From: Octopus sinensis
Lineage: Eukaryota
Direction of reading: 5' to 3'
Assembly (NCBI RefSeq): GCF_006345805.1
Contig: NW_021835327.1
Location: forward strand, 1-45,694
DNA length: 45,694 nucleotides
Below are positions 1 to 11,689 of this stretch, piece after piece. The translations under genes were made by a program, and so were the position numbers. Below the pieces are notes generated by a model. It searched no databases. It saw only the letters and a program-made list of their open reading frames with translations, and was not told the origin of the DNA. Each line of letters begins with the position of its first letter. The stretch's first letter is position 1.

Positions 1-210
<210 letters not shown>

Positions 211-451
211 CAAATAAGAAAATGGAGAAACACATTTGGTTTGTTCATCAACTTACGGATATTATAATGTTGGATTAGAACAAACCAAATATGTTTCTCC
301 ATTTTCTTATTTGTATTATAAATTTACGGTAAAAATATTTCTTTACCTTCACCCGTTTAATACGATAAATGACTTAATTGCATTGCAATTAAAGACATTT
401 ATGTAATAAGAATGTGGATACTTTACCAACAGTATATTGGATAAATGATAT

Positions 452-600
452 CCCACGGTGCTGCTGTGTTTAAGTCCGCGTAACTTAGCGGTTCGGCAAA
501 AGAGATAAGTACTGAATTCGATACATTCGGCTAAAAGTTATTGAATGCGGTGTCCCAGTATGGCCGTAGTCTAATGACTGAAACAAGTAAAATAGAAATA
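452..600 (+). mobile_element. SINE family A, decayed 3' fragment
   Basis: Matches the 3' half of fuller copies in the window (gtaacttagcggttcggcaaaagaga ... atggccgtagtctaatgactgaaacaagtaaaa). Confidence 0.8.
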
Positions 601-955
601 AAATAATAGGATGAATACACAAATGAGAGGAGAGGAGCTATTCACTGGCCAGTGGCACGTAAGTGGACAAAGTACACAAATACAGGCTCATCAAATACCA
701 TACAACATAAATTCGTGATTTATTAATATTATCTCCACCTGTTGGGTGGGAATCGATCAAATTTACCAAATATCAATGAAGGATAGCGCTCTAAAAATTA
801 GAAAGACTATCAGACATGCAGGTAGATATACATAGAAAAATGCAGGTACGAAGATTGTCCCACTGTGAAACTTCAAAAGACCTAGTTTCGAGAGAGATAA
901 ATACTTAAATGAACAGAGAGAGAGAGTCGATGACGGAGGGGGGAGAGTGGAAAAG

Positions 956-956
<1 letters not shown>

Positions 957-1038
<82 letters not shown>
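957..1038. repeat. (AGAT)n tetranucleotide microsatellite
   Basis: About 20 perfect units, directly visible. Confidence 0.97.
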
Positions 1039-1294
1039 CAGAGTGACAGAGAAGGGGGTATTAAAAGGTCAGTGACTTTTGTTGAGGAAACAAACTGTTT
1101 CCTCTTTCTGTCATTCCGCCATAAATTGTATTTGACAAACCGTGCAGAAAGACAATGGAAATTGAAAGCTGCAGGCTGGAACCACTCGTATACACTACCT
1201 TTCGCCTAGCATTTACATCCAACTTCCTACTTAATCCGTTCTATTTCAAAGTTACTTCCTACATTAGTTCTCATCCATTTCTCTCTCGCTATTG

Positions 1295-1350
<56 letters not shown>

Positions 1351-1469
1351 TTATTTATCTATCTATCTATCTATCTATCAATCTATCCATCTAACTATAT
1401 ATATACATTATATAAATATACATATATGTATATATAGAAATACATAATATAAATATACATATATATAGA

Positions 1470-1515
<46 letters not shown>

Positions 1516-1583
1516 TGTAATATATATATATATAATATATATTATATATGTATATGTAGTGTATATATATATATATATGTATG

Positions 1584-1615
<32 letters not shown>

Positions 1616-1684
1616 TATATGAAAATTGGTCTCCTATATAGATACAGAGAGAGAGATAGATACATGCATGCACACATACATACA

Positions 1685-1720
<36 letters not shown>

Positions 1721-1828
1721 TATATAAACATACATACATACATATACATATATATATTATATATATATATATATAATATATATATATATAAACATATTAT
1801 ACATACGGTGATTGCCATTTCTTTACAG

Positions 1829-1933
1829 AATAATATCATCTTTTCATTTAGTAAATGCCGTTGTGAGATCTCATGTAACTAGCAAGTCAGACTTTAGAAC
1901 AGACCCTGCTGCAAATGTAACAAATATTTTCAG
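1829..1933 (+). CDS. Candidate internal exon, product unknown (IISSFHLVNAVVRSHVTSKSDFRTDPAANVTNIF)
   Basis: Acceptor ttgccatttctttacag|, donor cag|gtaaat, 105 nt (multiple of 3), exactly one open frame (phase 2-2), non-repetitive. No homology recognised. Confidence 0.3.
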
Positions 1934-2053
1934 GTAAATAACATTCTGGGATTGAAGTCAATCATTATAGATCGTTTCTTCCCAAACCGATCAATTTTCA
2001 GTCATTCAGTCTTCAACATTTATACTAAGCGCTTTATATACGTACTTTTTTTT

Positions 2054-2145
2054 CTGCGCCCTTTCAAAGCCTAGCCAGGCTCATAGGCCCGGTTTCTATG
2101 GCGTATGTGTTCCCCAGCTTGATGGGACGCCAGTCCATGGCAGCG
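2054..2145 (-). mobile_element. SINE family E, 3' fragment
   Basis: Reverse complement matches the 3' part of the 28003-28315 copy (atggactggcgtccc ... acacatacgcca.agaaaccggg ... ctggctaggctt.gaaagggc). Confidence 0.8.
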
Positions 2146-2370
2146 TGTGTGTGTATATATACATTTATGTACATGTATGTATATATACACATATATTTTA
2201 GTTGTTCCACTTTTTGCGTTGTTGTCTTTTTTGTTTTCTTGTTTGGATTAACTTTATATATATATGTGCCTAGAGTAGAAAAGTATATATATATATATAT
2301 ATTATATATTATATATATATATATATATATTATATATTATATATATATATATATATGCATGTATTTGTGA

Positions 2371-2672
2371 ACTGGTACACCGTCGGTTACGACGATAAGG
2401 GTTCGAACTGATCTTCCCAATGGAACAGTTTTCAGGTGAAATCGATGAGCACCGTACGGATGCGCGTACACTTAAGGTAGTTTTTATGGATATCCAGTTT
2501 AACAAAGTATTTGACAAAGCCACCCCTTTGAATTAGAAGTACAACTCATTTTTGCCAGCAGAGTGGACTTAAGCAAAGTGAAATAAAGTGTATTACTAAG
2601 GGCACAACCCACCACCGGGAATCGAACTCACAACCTTACAGGAAAAGGAATATCCTAACCACTAAGCGACGC
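2371..2672 (-). mobile_element. SINE family C, old near-full-length copy
   Basis: tRNA-like head on the minus strand (gcttagtggttagg ... gagttcgattccc); body colinear with the 39388-39675 copy. Confidence 0.75.
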
Positions 2673-2713
2673 GGTGGAACGACATTTTGTAACGCCAAGA
2701 TGTATATGCTTCT

Positions 2714-2769
2714 CATGTAGATCCATCATGTAGATCCATCATGTGGATCCATCATGTGGATCCATCATG
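2714..2769. repeat. 13-bp minisatellite CATGT(A/G)GATCCAT x4.3
   Basis: Two units with A followed by two with G; directly visible. Confidence 0.95.
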
Positions 2770-3793
2770 CTTTCGAAAGCAGAAAAATATGAAAATCATC
2801 CAAATATGTTTCATCAGTTACAACACCCACGCATTAATTCTTAACTGGTATTGCAAAGAGCGCAAGGGTGATGGTTGCGTGTTCTGTAAAGAGTTGCCAA
2901 TGAACCACGAAACATTCCATGGCAAACTTGCTTTTCTCTTTGTAAAATGAATAACAAAATTTATAAATAAATTCTTAACATTTTGCAGTGTCTGCGTCAC
3001 AATCTGCAACGTAATTACTCTAGATTTAGTTTAGATTTTCTTTCCAAGGTACCCTTATTTTGCATAAAAGCATTCTGAACTTAGTATACGTAATTGTTTA
3101 ACTACTAGATTGTGACTAACATAAATAGCCATTCCTTAGAATAGCTATAGCTTCATATCATAAAGGTGAGAAATCCTAATTCAATAAGGGTAGTCAATTA
3201 CCAATGAAACAGGTGAAACCAGTCTACTTATTTTTCTATTTGCGAAGAGAATAACAACGTAGCTTTCCGTCTGTTTACTACCTCAGTGGAATTGCTACAA
3301 TCTACAGTCTCTAAGCACGTTAAATATATCTTAGATTTTCCTAATATATGCTGTTTCTGCAAGAAAAAAATATATAAATGTATGTGTGTGTGTTTGTGTG
3401 AACATTTATATATGCACACACACAAATACATATGTGTGGAAATACATGGATATGTGTATATTTATGGATGTGTGTACATTTACGTTTACGTGTGAAGAGT
3501 GTATATGAAGTGGTGTATGTTTGTATTGGTGCGTATCTTTAAGCGTATATGTATATTTTCTGTGTATAAAACATTGAGATAGAGATATACAAGCGAAGAA
3601 TCTTCACCCATCCCCGCCTCTTCGCCACATATTCACATTCATACTCTGATGACATTTTCTTGTTTCCTCAGCAACTTTCTCTTGAGATGTGTGTGCCTGC
3701 ATGCGTCGATGCGTGTATATTTGTTTGTGAATGAACGTGCCTGTAATTCTCTCAACTCTATTCTCTCTCATTCTGTCTTTCACTTTATTATCT

Positions 3794-3842
<49 letters not shown>

Positions 3843-4185
3843 ATCTTTCACGCTCTTGTCTTTCTCTATAACCAAATTGCCATCTTCAATCTTACATCTT
3901 GCCAGAGTTCATTTGATGCAATGAGCAACAGAAAACAAAGAATTCAAAATGGCGACCATATATAAGCAACAGAATTTTAAAAGCAGTGTACGCCATGACT
4001 GGATCGTTAAGACAAAATTGCCACACAGGAAATAGTCTGCTTTAGCACAGGATTCTGTTTCAATGTCACTGCGTTGCTTGTTATTATAATTCTGTTTTGT
4101 TTCTGTATTTTTGCTGTTTTTGTTTTACTCGTTAATTATTTATTTGCCTCAAGCTCCACCCACCTTACTCAGTCCAGATTTTCTG

Positions 4186-4239
<54 letters not shown>

Positions 4240-4892
4240 TTTCTCATGCGCTTCTTTGAGTTAAACATTCCTTATATGTTTGTGTAGTTGACTGGTTGGT
4301 TGGTTAGCCGGCTGGTTATAGCTTAGGAGTTTTTTCTCCAATAAATTTTCAGATGTTCATCATACATCTAAAGCAATCCACTCATACATATGTGGATATA
4401 TACGTAGTACGTATATATATATATATATATATATATCAGTGTGTGTCTTTGTGCGTTTGTATCTCAATAGCTCTTGACAACATTTTACGTTCACATAACT
4501 TAGCAGTTCGGCCAAAAGGGACCCATACAAAAAGTACTATACTTTATTAAAGAAATAGTAAGTACTGCGGTAGAAAAGTGCGACTGAAATTCTTCCAGAC
4601 GATGCCCTAGCATGGTCGCAGTCTAATGAATGAAACAAATAAACGATGAAAGATGAAAATAATCTACTGCAATGGGTTTCATCCCACACACTTTACTTAA
4701 TGTCTAACGAATGAGGAAAGAGTGCTTAATACTTGTTGTAGAGGATATGAATTTTAGTGTAACTACAACTGAAAGTTTACTTCGTGACGCGAGTTTCCTT
4801 TCTCATGAAAAATTAGATATATGAATATGATACAGACATACACACACACACGCCACACACACACACCAACACACACACACACACACATATTA

Positions 4893-5258
4893 CCTTTTGC
4901 TTTTACGTATTTCAGCCATTTTGATTGCAGCCATCCTGGGGCACCACTTTTAGTCGAACAAATCGGCTCGAGGACTTATTTTGTGAAAACCTGTTACTTA
5001 TTGTATGGGTCTCTTTTGCCGAGCCGCTAAGTTACAAGTACATAAACACATCAAAACCAGTTGTGAAGCAGTAGTTGCGAGCAAACACAAAGACACGCGC
5101 GTGAGCGCAGCCCACCCCCCATATATATTATATATATATACGACAGGATTCTTTTAGTTTTCCCTGACAAGGCTTTGGTCAGCTAGAGGCTACAGCAGAA
5201 GACACTTGCACAAGGCGCTACGCGGCTGAACTGGACTCGGAACCATGTGGTTGGGACA
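4893..5258 (-). mobile_element. SINE family A, decayed copy
   Basis: Colinear with the reverse complement of 9803-10230. Confidence 0.8.
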
Positions 5259-5290
5259 TATAAATATTTATATACATATACATGCATATG

Positions 5291-5326
<36 letters not shown>

Positions 5327-5443
5327 CATGTGTATATATGCATATATGTATATATGTATACATGTAGATATATATATATAATATACATATACAAATGTAT
5401 GTATGTATGTGTATATATCTTTTCATATATATATATATATATA

Positions 5444-5610
5444 GGCACAGGCATGGCTGTGTGTGGTAAGAAGCTTGCTTCCCAGCCACATTGGTTCCGG
5501 GTTCAGTACTACTCCATGGCATCTTTGGCTGTGTCTTCTACTATATCCACGGACCGACCAAACCTTTGTGAGTGGATTTGGTAGACGGAAATTGAAAGAA
5601 GCCTATCGTT
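5444..5610 (+). mobile_element. SINE family A, 5' half
   Basis: tRNA-like head (tggctgtgtgtggtaag ... ggttccgggttcagt) plus gtgagtggatttggtagacggaaattgaaagaagcc. Confidence 0.85.
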
Positions 5611-5643
5611 TTGCATACATATAGTATTCATATATTACATATC

Positions 5644-5714
<71 letters not shown>

Positions 5715-5891
5715 CATGTATATTACATACGCATTCATAGCATTGATGACGATGATGACTTGTACGACGAATATGAGAAACCATTGAAAAAGAAGGAAGA
5801 AAGGAAGGAAGAATGAAAAGAAAGAGATAGAAAAAAGAGGGAAGAAAGAAAGAAGCATGAAAATAAACAGACGGGCAAACAGGAAATACTG

Positions 5892-5960
5892 AAGTATAGG
5901 TTATGCAATCAGAACGATGAAGAAATTCACCACATCATTTCTGGGTACCCATTCTTTGCA
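5892..5960 (+). pseudogene. Isolated relic of an RLE-LINE CCHC zinc knuckle
   Basis: Translates KYRLCNQNDEEIHHIISGYPFFA, resembling KCRLC...E.I.HIISGCP.LA of R4/Dong-type ORFs; both Cys-to-Tyr differences are single G-to-A changes. Confidence 0.45.
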
Positions 5961-6187
5961 GTATTCGTGTACGCCCACCCACGGATGCAGCCAACTCGGC
6001 ATCTATGTCCATAGGGCAATATATGCCGACGTTTTTCATAAAAACGGGTGACAAGTGATATGAGAATGTGAGCCGAGCATGACACGTGCACGCGTGTGGA
6101 TGTATGTCTAGGGAGCTCTGCAATAATGGTCAGAGCCCAAACGGCTACGCCCTGTCGTTTCGGGGAAGACACATTGACTGGTACGTA

Positions 6188-6455
6188 TTATATTGACAGG
6201 CAAAATCGACCTTGGCGGAATTTGATCTCAGAGCATAAAAAAGACGAAATGCCGCTGTGCTTTTCCCCCGGCGTGCTAATGATTCTGCCAGCTCGAAACC
6301 TTAAATTATCGTAATAATGGTTTTAAATTTTGACACAGGCTAGCAAGTTCGTGGGAGAGTGTAAGTCGATTACATCGACCCCAGTGCATGACTGATACTT
6401 ATTTTATCAAGCATTTTGCTCGGCGTGCTAACGATTCTGCCAGTTAGCCGCCTTA
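6188..6455 (-). mobile_element. Two adjacent SINE family B fragments
   Basis: Both contain cggcgtgctaa.gattctgccag (reverse complement of the tRNA-like head); the second carries gtcgattacatcgaccccagtg. Confidence 0.8.
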
Positions 6456-6649
6456 AATAATCGTAATTAACGATTTCTAACTTTGGTACAGTTTGCCAAA
6501 GTTTGTAACGGAAAAAGTTGATTAAAATCAAAATTCCACCTCAACCCCAAGCTCACCCACCCGGTACATAGAACTTTTATTTAGTTCATTTGTGTCGCAT
6601 AGAAAGATGAAAAATGAGGTAAGCCGTCAGAGTGGCAACGGAAGTCATT

Positions 6650-6674
6650 GGGGGAAGGGTGGGGTGGGGTGGGG
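6650..6674 (+). other. Canonical G-quadruplex motif GGGGGAAGGGTGGGGTGGGGTGGGG
   Basis: Five G-tracts of 3 or more with 1-2 nt loops; formation is not shown by sequence alone. Confidence 0.7.
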
Positions 6675-7054
6675 TGATCATTAAAAAGAAGAAACGTTAA
6701 GTGACGTAATGAAATACCAAAGAACATAGTTTTATTTTCGATCGCTTCACCGATTTTAACAAACAACAATAATTGGAAATAATCCTACCTATAAAAGTAA
6801 ATGTGATGAGAATGAGGTCGTCAACAACAACAACAATAACAACAACAACGATGACAGCAGCAGCAGCAGCGGCAGCAACCACAATAACAGCAGCAACACT
6901 AGCAGCAATAACAGGAACTGAAATATGCAACAGCACCAGCATCACTAGCAGAAGCAGGAACCGAAATTTGCAAACTAAACATTATGTAGCCGGGCCAACG
7001 TAGTTAATTATCTTTAATTATTTTCTACTTGCTTGCTAATTCAATAATTTTTTT

Positions 7055-7671
7055 CCTTATTTAAGCACGAAGCCAGTAGTTTTAAGGGGACGGGGTTTAG
7101 TCGACTTTATCAACTCCACTTCTTAACTGGTACTCTGGTACTCTATTTGAACAACCCCCCGATGGGATGAAAGGCAAAGTTGACCTCGACAGGATTTGAA
7201 CTCACAAGCTGAAAGAACCGGAAGAAATACCGCCGATCCACCACCCTTTCTAATTCTATAATGTTAAACAAAATGTTGACTATCTACGAGTAAAATTATT
7301 AGTCTTGACATAAAGATTTAGGGATATAAGGTAAAGTTGGCGTCGGCGAGGCTCAGATTTGAGCACAGAATGTAAAGAACTGAAAGAAATATCTCCGAAC
7401 AATCACCTTTTCGAATTCTGTAAGAGACGAAGTTTTAAGGTTAGGTATAGGCTGTGTAAGATGTTTATCACAGATATTCTACTGGTTTCAAATTTTGGCA
7501 CAAAGCCAACGATTTCGGAGCTGGAGGTAAGTATTCGTCCAAATGCCACTTATTTTATCGACCCCGAAAGGATAGTAGGCAAAATCGACCTCGGTGGATT
7601 TTGAACTCGAAACGTAGAGAAAGACGAAATGCCACTCAGTATTTGGCTCGGTGCGCTCAGCTCACTACCTT
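7055..7671 (-). mobile_element. Cluster of decayed SINE family B copies (about 7055-7235, 7310-7420, 7475-7671)
   Basis: Repeated gaaaggcaaagttgacctcg.c.ggatttgaactc and ttatcgaccccgaaaggat motifs. Confidence 0.75.
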
Positions 7672-7688
7672 CAGACCCATACGTTACA

Positions 7689-7760
<72 letters not shown>

Positions 7761-7805
7761 CATCTCTCTCTCTCTCTCCCTCTCTCTCTCTCTCTCTCCC
7801 TCTCT

Positions 7806-7865
<60 letters not shown>

Positions 7866-7867
<2 letters not shown>

Positions 7868-8152
7868 CAGTTCTATATTTAAGAGATGAGGAATTATTTA
7901 CATTCGACGGATATTTGTCCTCATCTTGTTTGTTGTTAACACAACGTTTCGGCTGATATAACCTCCATCCTTCATCGGTGTCTTGGGGAAATTTCGAAAC
8001 TAGGTTCTCATTCTCTAAGTATTTTTCAATGTTATCATCATTATTATTATCATTATTATTATTATTATTATTATTAATATTATTATTATTATTATTATTA
8101 TTATCATTATTATTATTATTATTCGGGTCACTACCTGGAATCGAACTCGGAA
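7866..8152 (-). mobile_element. Putative tRNA-headed, hammerhead-bearing retroelement (5'-truncated)
   Basis: On the minus strand: B-box GTTCGATTCC (8137-8146), about 90 bp of (AAT)n, a unique segment, a minimal hammerhead (7938-7982), then about 70 nt of 3' sequence. The A-box is absent. That these parts form one element is inferred. Confidence 0.5.
7938..7982 (-). ncRNA. Minimal type I hammerhead ribozyme motif, core-damaged (HHR1)
   Basis: RNA GACAC CGAUGA A GGAUG GAGGUUAUAU CAGCC GAA AC GU U GUGUU: stem I GACAC/GUGUU, stem II GGAUG/CAGCC (one mismatch), loopless palindromic stem III, GUU triplet. The core lacks U4 of CUGAUGA. Confidence 0.7.
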
Positions 8153-8168
8153 CATACATACATACATA

Positions 8169-8218
<50 letters not shown>

Positions 8219-8261
8219 ATGTATGTAATATGTGCGTGTGTGTGTGTGTGTGGTGTGTATA

Positions 8262-9046
8262 CCAGTTGCGGCGAATATACTACTATCGTCTAAATGACGT
8301 ACAAATGAAAATAACAGACATTTCATTTTAACAGATATATTTACCAAAATCACATAAAATATCTTGAAATACTAAAGAGTTAATTTATTCAATAAAATCG
8401 CCATTGGCTTCAACCAGTGCCTCCAGGCAACTTCGGAATCTCCTGAAACTCTTTTGGACGGTATTCCCACTGAAGATGGTGAATGCTGCCATAATCATTG
8501 CCTCTTATTCATCTTTGGTGTTACAAAGAGTTTTGCTGGTCTATCGCTCAGCTGTATCCCACACATAATAATGAAGGGGGATGCAATCTGGGGAGTTATA
8601 TAACCAGATGTTAGGGTGATGCGATCGCAGAACTGTCGGACAACCATAGGGTCTTCCAGCAGCCACCCTCTTCACCCAGGGCAGCACTACCTCCTCCAGG
8701 CATTTGATATAGGCCTCCGTGTTGAGTCTGAGGCCGTGTGGGAAGATGAATGGAGGCATAACCTCTTCATCACTATTGATCACTTTCGGTACATCTCAGA
8801 TTACACTGTTCTCGGGTTGACAACGAAACACTCTGAAATGTTCCTATTGGAGCTTCTGGCGTGAATACCAAGCAGTGCAGCATGTCGTTTCCAAATTTCT
8901 GGCAGAGTGAATTACATCATGGTGATGTTTTTCTAAGACGATACCTAACTGATCCTACTATACTGAGTAGTCAACAGAATCAGGGACGAACAATGCGCAT
9001 ACGCGAAATTAAAAATGTAAAATGGCGATAATCTGCCCAGTGCACC

Positions 9047-9049
<3 letters not shown>
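8262..9049 (-). mobile_element. Internally deleted Tc1/mariner transposon (maT/DD37D-like)
   Basis: Minus strand encodes ...MPPFIFPHGLRLNTEAYIKCLEEVVLPWVKRVAAGRPY...NSPDCIPLHYYVW...RFRSCLEALVEANGDFIE* (stop 8385-8387) with in-frame stops. One end reads TA-CAGGGTGCAC (9049), the other end is degenerate; both lie in TA context. Confidence 0.9.
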
Positions 9050-9124
<75 letters not shown>

Positions 9125-9139
9125 CGTGTGTGTGTGGCT

Positions 9140-9362
9140 GTGTGTCTGTGTCTGTTTGTCAAACCACCATCGCTTGAAAATTGATGTTGGTGTGTTTAAG
9201 TCTCTGTAACTTAGCAGTTAGCAAAAGAGACCTACGAAATAAGTACTTGGCTTACAAAAAAAATAATAAATCCTGGGGTTGATTTCTTCGACTTGAAAAC
9301 CGTTTAAGACGGTGCTCCAGCATGGCTGCAGTCAAATGACTGAGATAAGTAAAAGAATAAAA
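9140..9362 (+). mobile_element. SINE family A, 3' half
   Basis: caccatcgcttga ... gtaacttagcag ... ggtgctccagcatggctgcagtcaaatgactga. Confidence 0.85.
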
Positions 9363-9802
9363 GAATATACATATAACAGACTAAAAGTATAAACAGCCTT
9401 TCAACTGGTGTCGGATCAGTTCATTATATCTGTATATATTTTAACATTGACGTAGCTGAAGGTTGCTATTGAATATTATAGGAGTTTATAACACACGAGG
9501 TCAATAAAAGATCAGTTAAGGAATGTTCAGAGTGGTATATGCTTATCACTTACAGGACAGCTATGCGTTAAATCCAAATTATTTCTATTAGGTAAAGCTT
9601 GACATCGTAAGAAGAATCCGAAGCTGAATGAGAAGAAAAGAGGAAGGAAGAAAGAAAGGAAGGAAGGAAGGAAGTGTGCAGATAGTCTCTTACAGATGCT
9701 TCAAATATAGATGTGCAGATGTTTTAAACATAGTTGCTATGTTGGCCGCCGATCGTCCGTAGAGAAACGCAACATCTGCACATCTAGTCTTGAAATAGCT
9801 AT

Positions 9803-10230
9803 AGAGTGACTGTATGGTAAGTAGCTTGCTTACGAACCATATGGTTCCGGGTTCAGTCCCACTGCGTGGCACCTTGGGCAAGTGTCTTCTACTATGGCCT
9901 TGGGCTGACCAAAGCCTTGTGAGTGGATTTGGTAGACGGAAACTGAAAGAAGCCCGTCGTATATATCTATGTGTGTGTGTGTGCGCTTGTGTGTCTGTGT
10001 TTGTCCCCCCAACATCGCTTGACAACCGATGCTGGTGTGTTTACGTCCCCGTAACTTAGCGGTTCGGCACAAGAGACCGATAGAATAAGTACTAGGCTTA
10101 CAAAGAATAAGTCCTGGGGGTCGATTTGCTCGACTAAAGGCGGTGCTCCAGCATGGCCACAGTCAAATGACCGAAACAAGTAAAAGAGAGTAAAAGAGAG
10201 TAAAAGAGAGTAAAAGAGAGTAAAAGAGAC
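9803..10230 (+). mobile_element. SINE family A, near-full-length (tRNA head plus CORE-like segment)
   Basis: Head ggtaagtagcttgcttac ... ggttccgggttcagtccc; CORE-like accttgggcaagtg; internal (TA)/(TG) tract; tail of five 10-bp units TAAAAGAGA(G/C) at 10181-10230. Confidence 0.92.
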
Positions 10231-10720
10231 TATCTGCTCATCTGTTCTTGAAATGGCTGTAAGAGTCTATCTGCTCCCCTTCTGTCTTCCTTCCTTCTCT
10301 TTTGTTATCCAGCACTGGATTCTACCCACGATGACCAGCTTTACCAAATACCAATAATTCGGACTTACTGTGTAACTGTTATGAAATGTTAGCTTAAACT
10401 CTAAGCATTATGAATATTCTTCAAGTGACATTTTATCGACCTCGCGTGTTCTAAACTCATGTAATATTGAATTGCAATCTTATGCTATGTCAATGTTTAA
10501 ACACTCAACTAATATCATCTAATCTGTTACCAGCTGTTTTCCTCTTTATACTTTATTCCCTTATATATATTTACCTGCACGATTTAAACACTGCTGATAG
10601 CCAGTCAACATTAGCCAGTTATGACATCCGTGCATTTTTAAGTAGAATTCAAGTAGGAGTTTAGGCAAGTCGGCTTGAGCACTGACTGTGTGTACGTATT
10701 ACCTTACGTCAATCAGGCGT

Positions 10721-10938
10721 AATATTGATTTCAAATTTTGGCACAAGGCCAGTAAGATCGGGGTTGAGATAAGTCGATTACATCGACCTCAGTGTTGAAC
10801 TGGTACCTATAATACCGAACCCAAAAGAATGTAAAACAAAGTCGACTTCGGTGGAATTTCAGCTCAGAACATACAGAAGGACGAAATGCCGCCAGGCATT
10901 TTCCCCGGAATACTCACAATTCTGCCAGACCGCCGCCT
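10721..10938 (-). mobile_element. SINE family B (B2 tail), old copy
   Basis: Reverse complement has head ggcggcggtctggcagaa and tail ggccttgtgccaaaatttgaaatcaatatt. Confidence 0.85.
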
Positions 10939-10962
10939 TAATCAGACGTAATGTTACCTGAA

Positions 10963-11193
10963 GGCGGCGAGCTGGCAGAAACGTTAGCACGCCGGGCGAA
11001 ATGCTTAGCGGTATTTCGTCTGCCGCTGAGATCTGAGTTCAAATTCCGCCGAGGTCGACTTTACCTTTCATTCTTTCGGGGTCGATTAAATAAGTACCAA
11101 TTACGCACTGGAGTCGATATAATCGACTTAATCCGTTTGTCTGTCCTTGTTTGTCCTCTCTGCATTTAGCCCCTTGTGGGTAGTAAAGAAATA
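10963..11193 (+). mobile_element. SINE family B (B1 tail), young full-length copy
   Basis: ggcggcgagctggcagaaacgttagc ... gagttcaaattcc (B-box) ... ttctttcggggtcgattaaataagtacca ... gccccttgtgggtagtaaagaaata; very similar to 26101-26330. Confidence 0.93.
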
Positions 11194-11285
11194 GATACTT
11201 CGTCAGTCGCTGTGACCTGAGTTCAAATCCCGCCGAGGTCGACTTTGCCTTTGTGGGCAGTAAAGAAAGAAAAAAATATATATGT

Positions 11286-11335
<50 letters not shown>

Positions 11336-11689
11336 TACTTAAGCATAGCTGCTGTCCAATGACTGAAATAAGTAAAAGAGAAAAGAAAAAAAAACAGAAG
11401 TAAAACAAAAGATAAACAAAGTATTAAATGACTTTTGCAAAAACTTCCAAGTGGTTCTGTTCTTCAGAATGGCAGTCTTTTTCTTTACAAAAAAAACAAA
11501 CGTAAATTCGATATTTTTGTAAGTCTGCTGTAGCGATCCCAGTTCCAAACTTGGAACTCATAAAACAGTGTTGTTCATTAACGCACACTTCCTTCCTGCG
11601 TTTAAGTCTCAAGGATATGGAATCAACATTCTCATGTTAATCTATTATTAATTTCGCAACCACCATGCAACAAAATTCTCCAACTACAC

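Noticed and set aside
860-950. CTCGAAACTAG on the minus strand in a repeat-like context, possibly another ribozyme-bearing end
   Set aside because: No CUGANGA-like core or stem II in this copy.
10181-10230. Regular 10-bp direct repeats
   Set aside because: No spacers, so not CRISPR-like; a slippage expansion of the SINE A tail.
10575-10690. Minus-strand open stretch SAQADLPKLLLEFYLKMHGCHNWLMLTGYQQCLNRA with donor cag|gtaaat
   Set aside because: Weak acceptor, no recognised homology, length reachable by chance.
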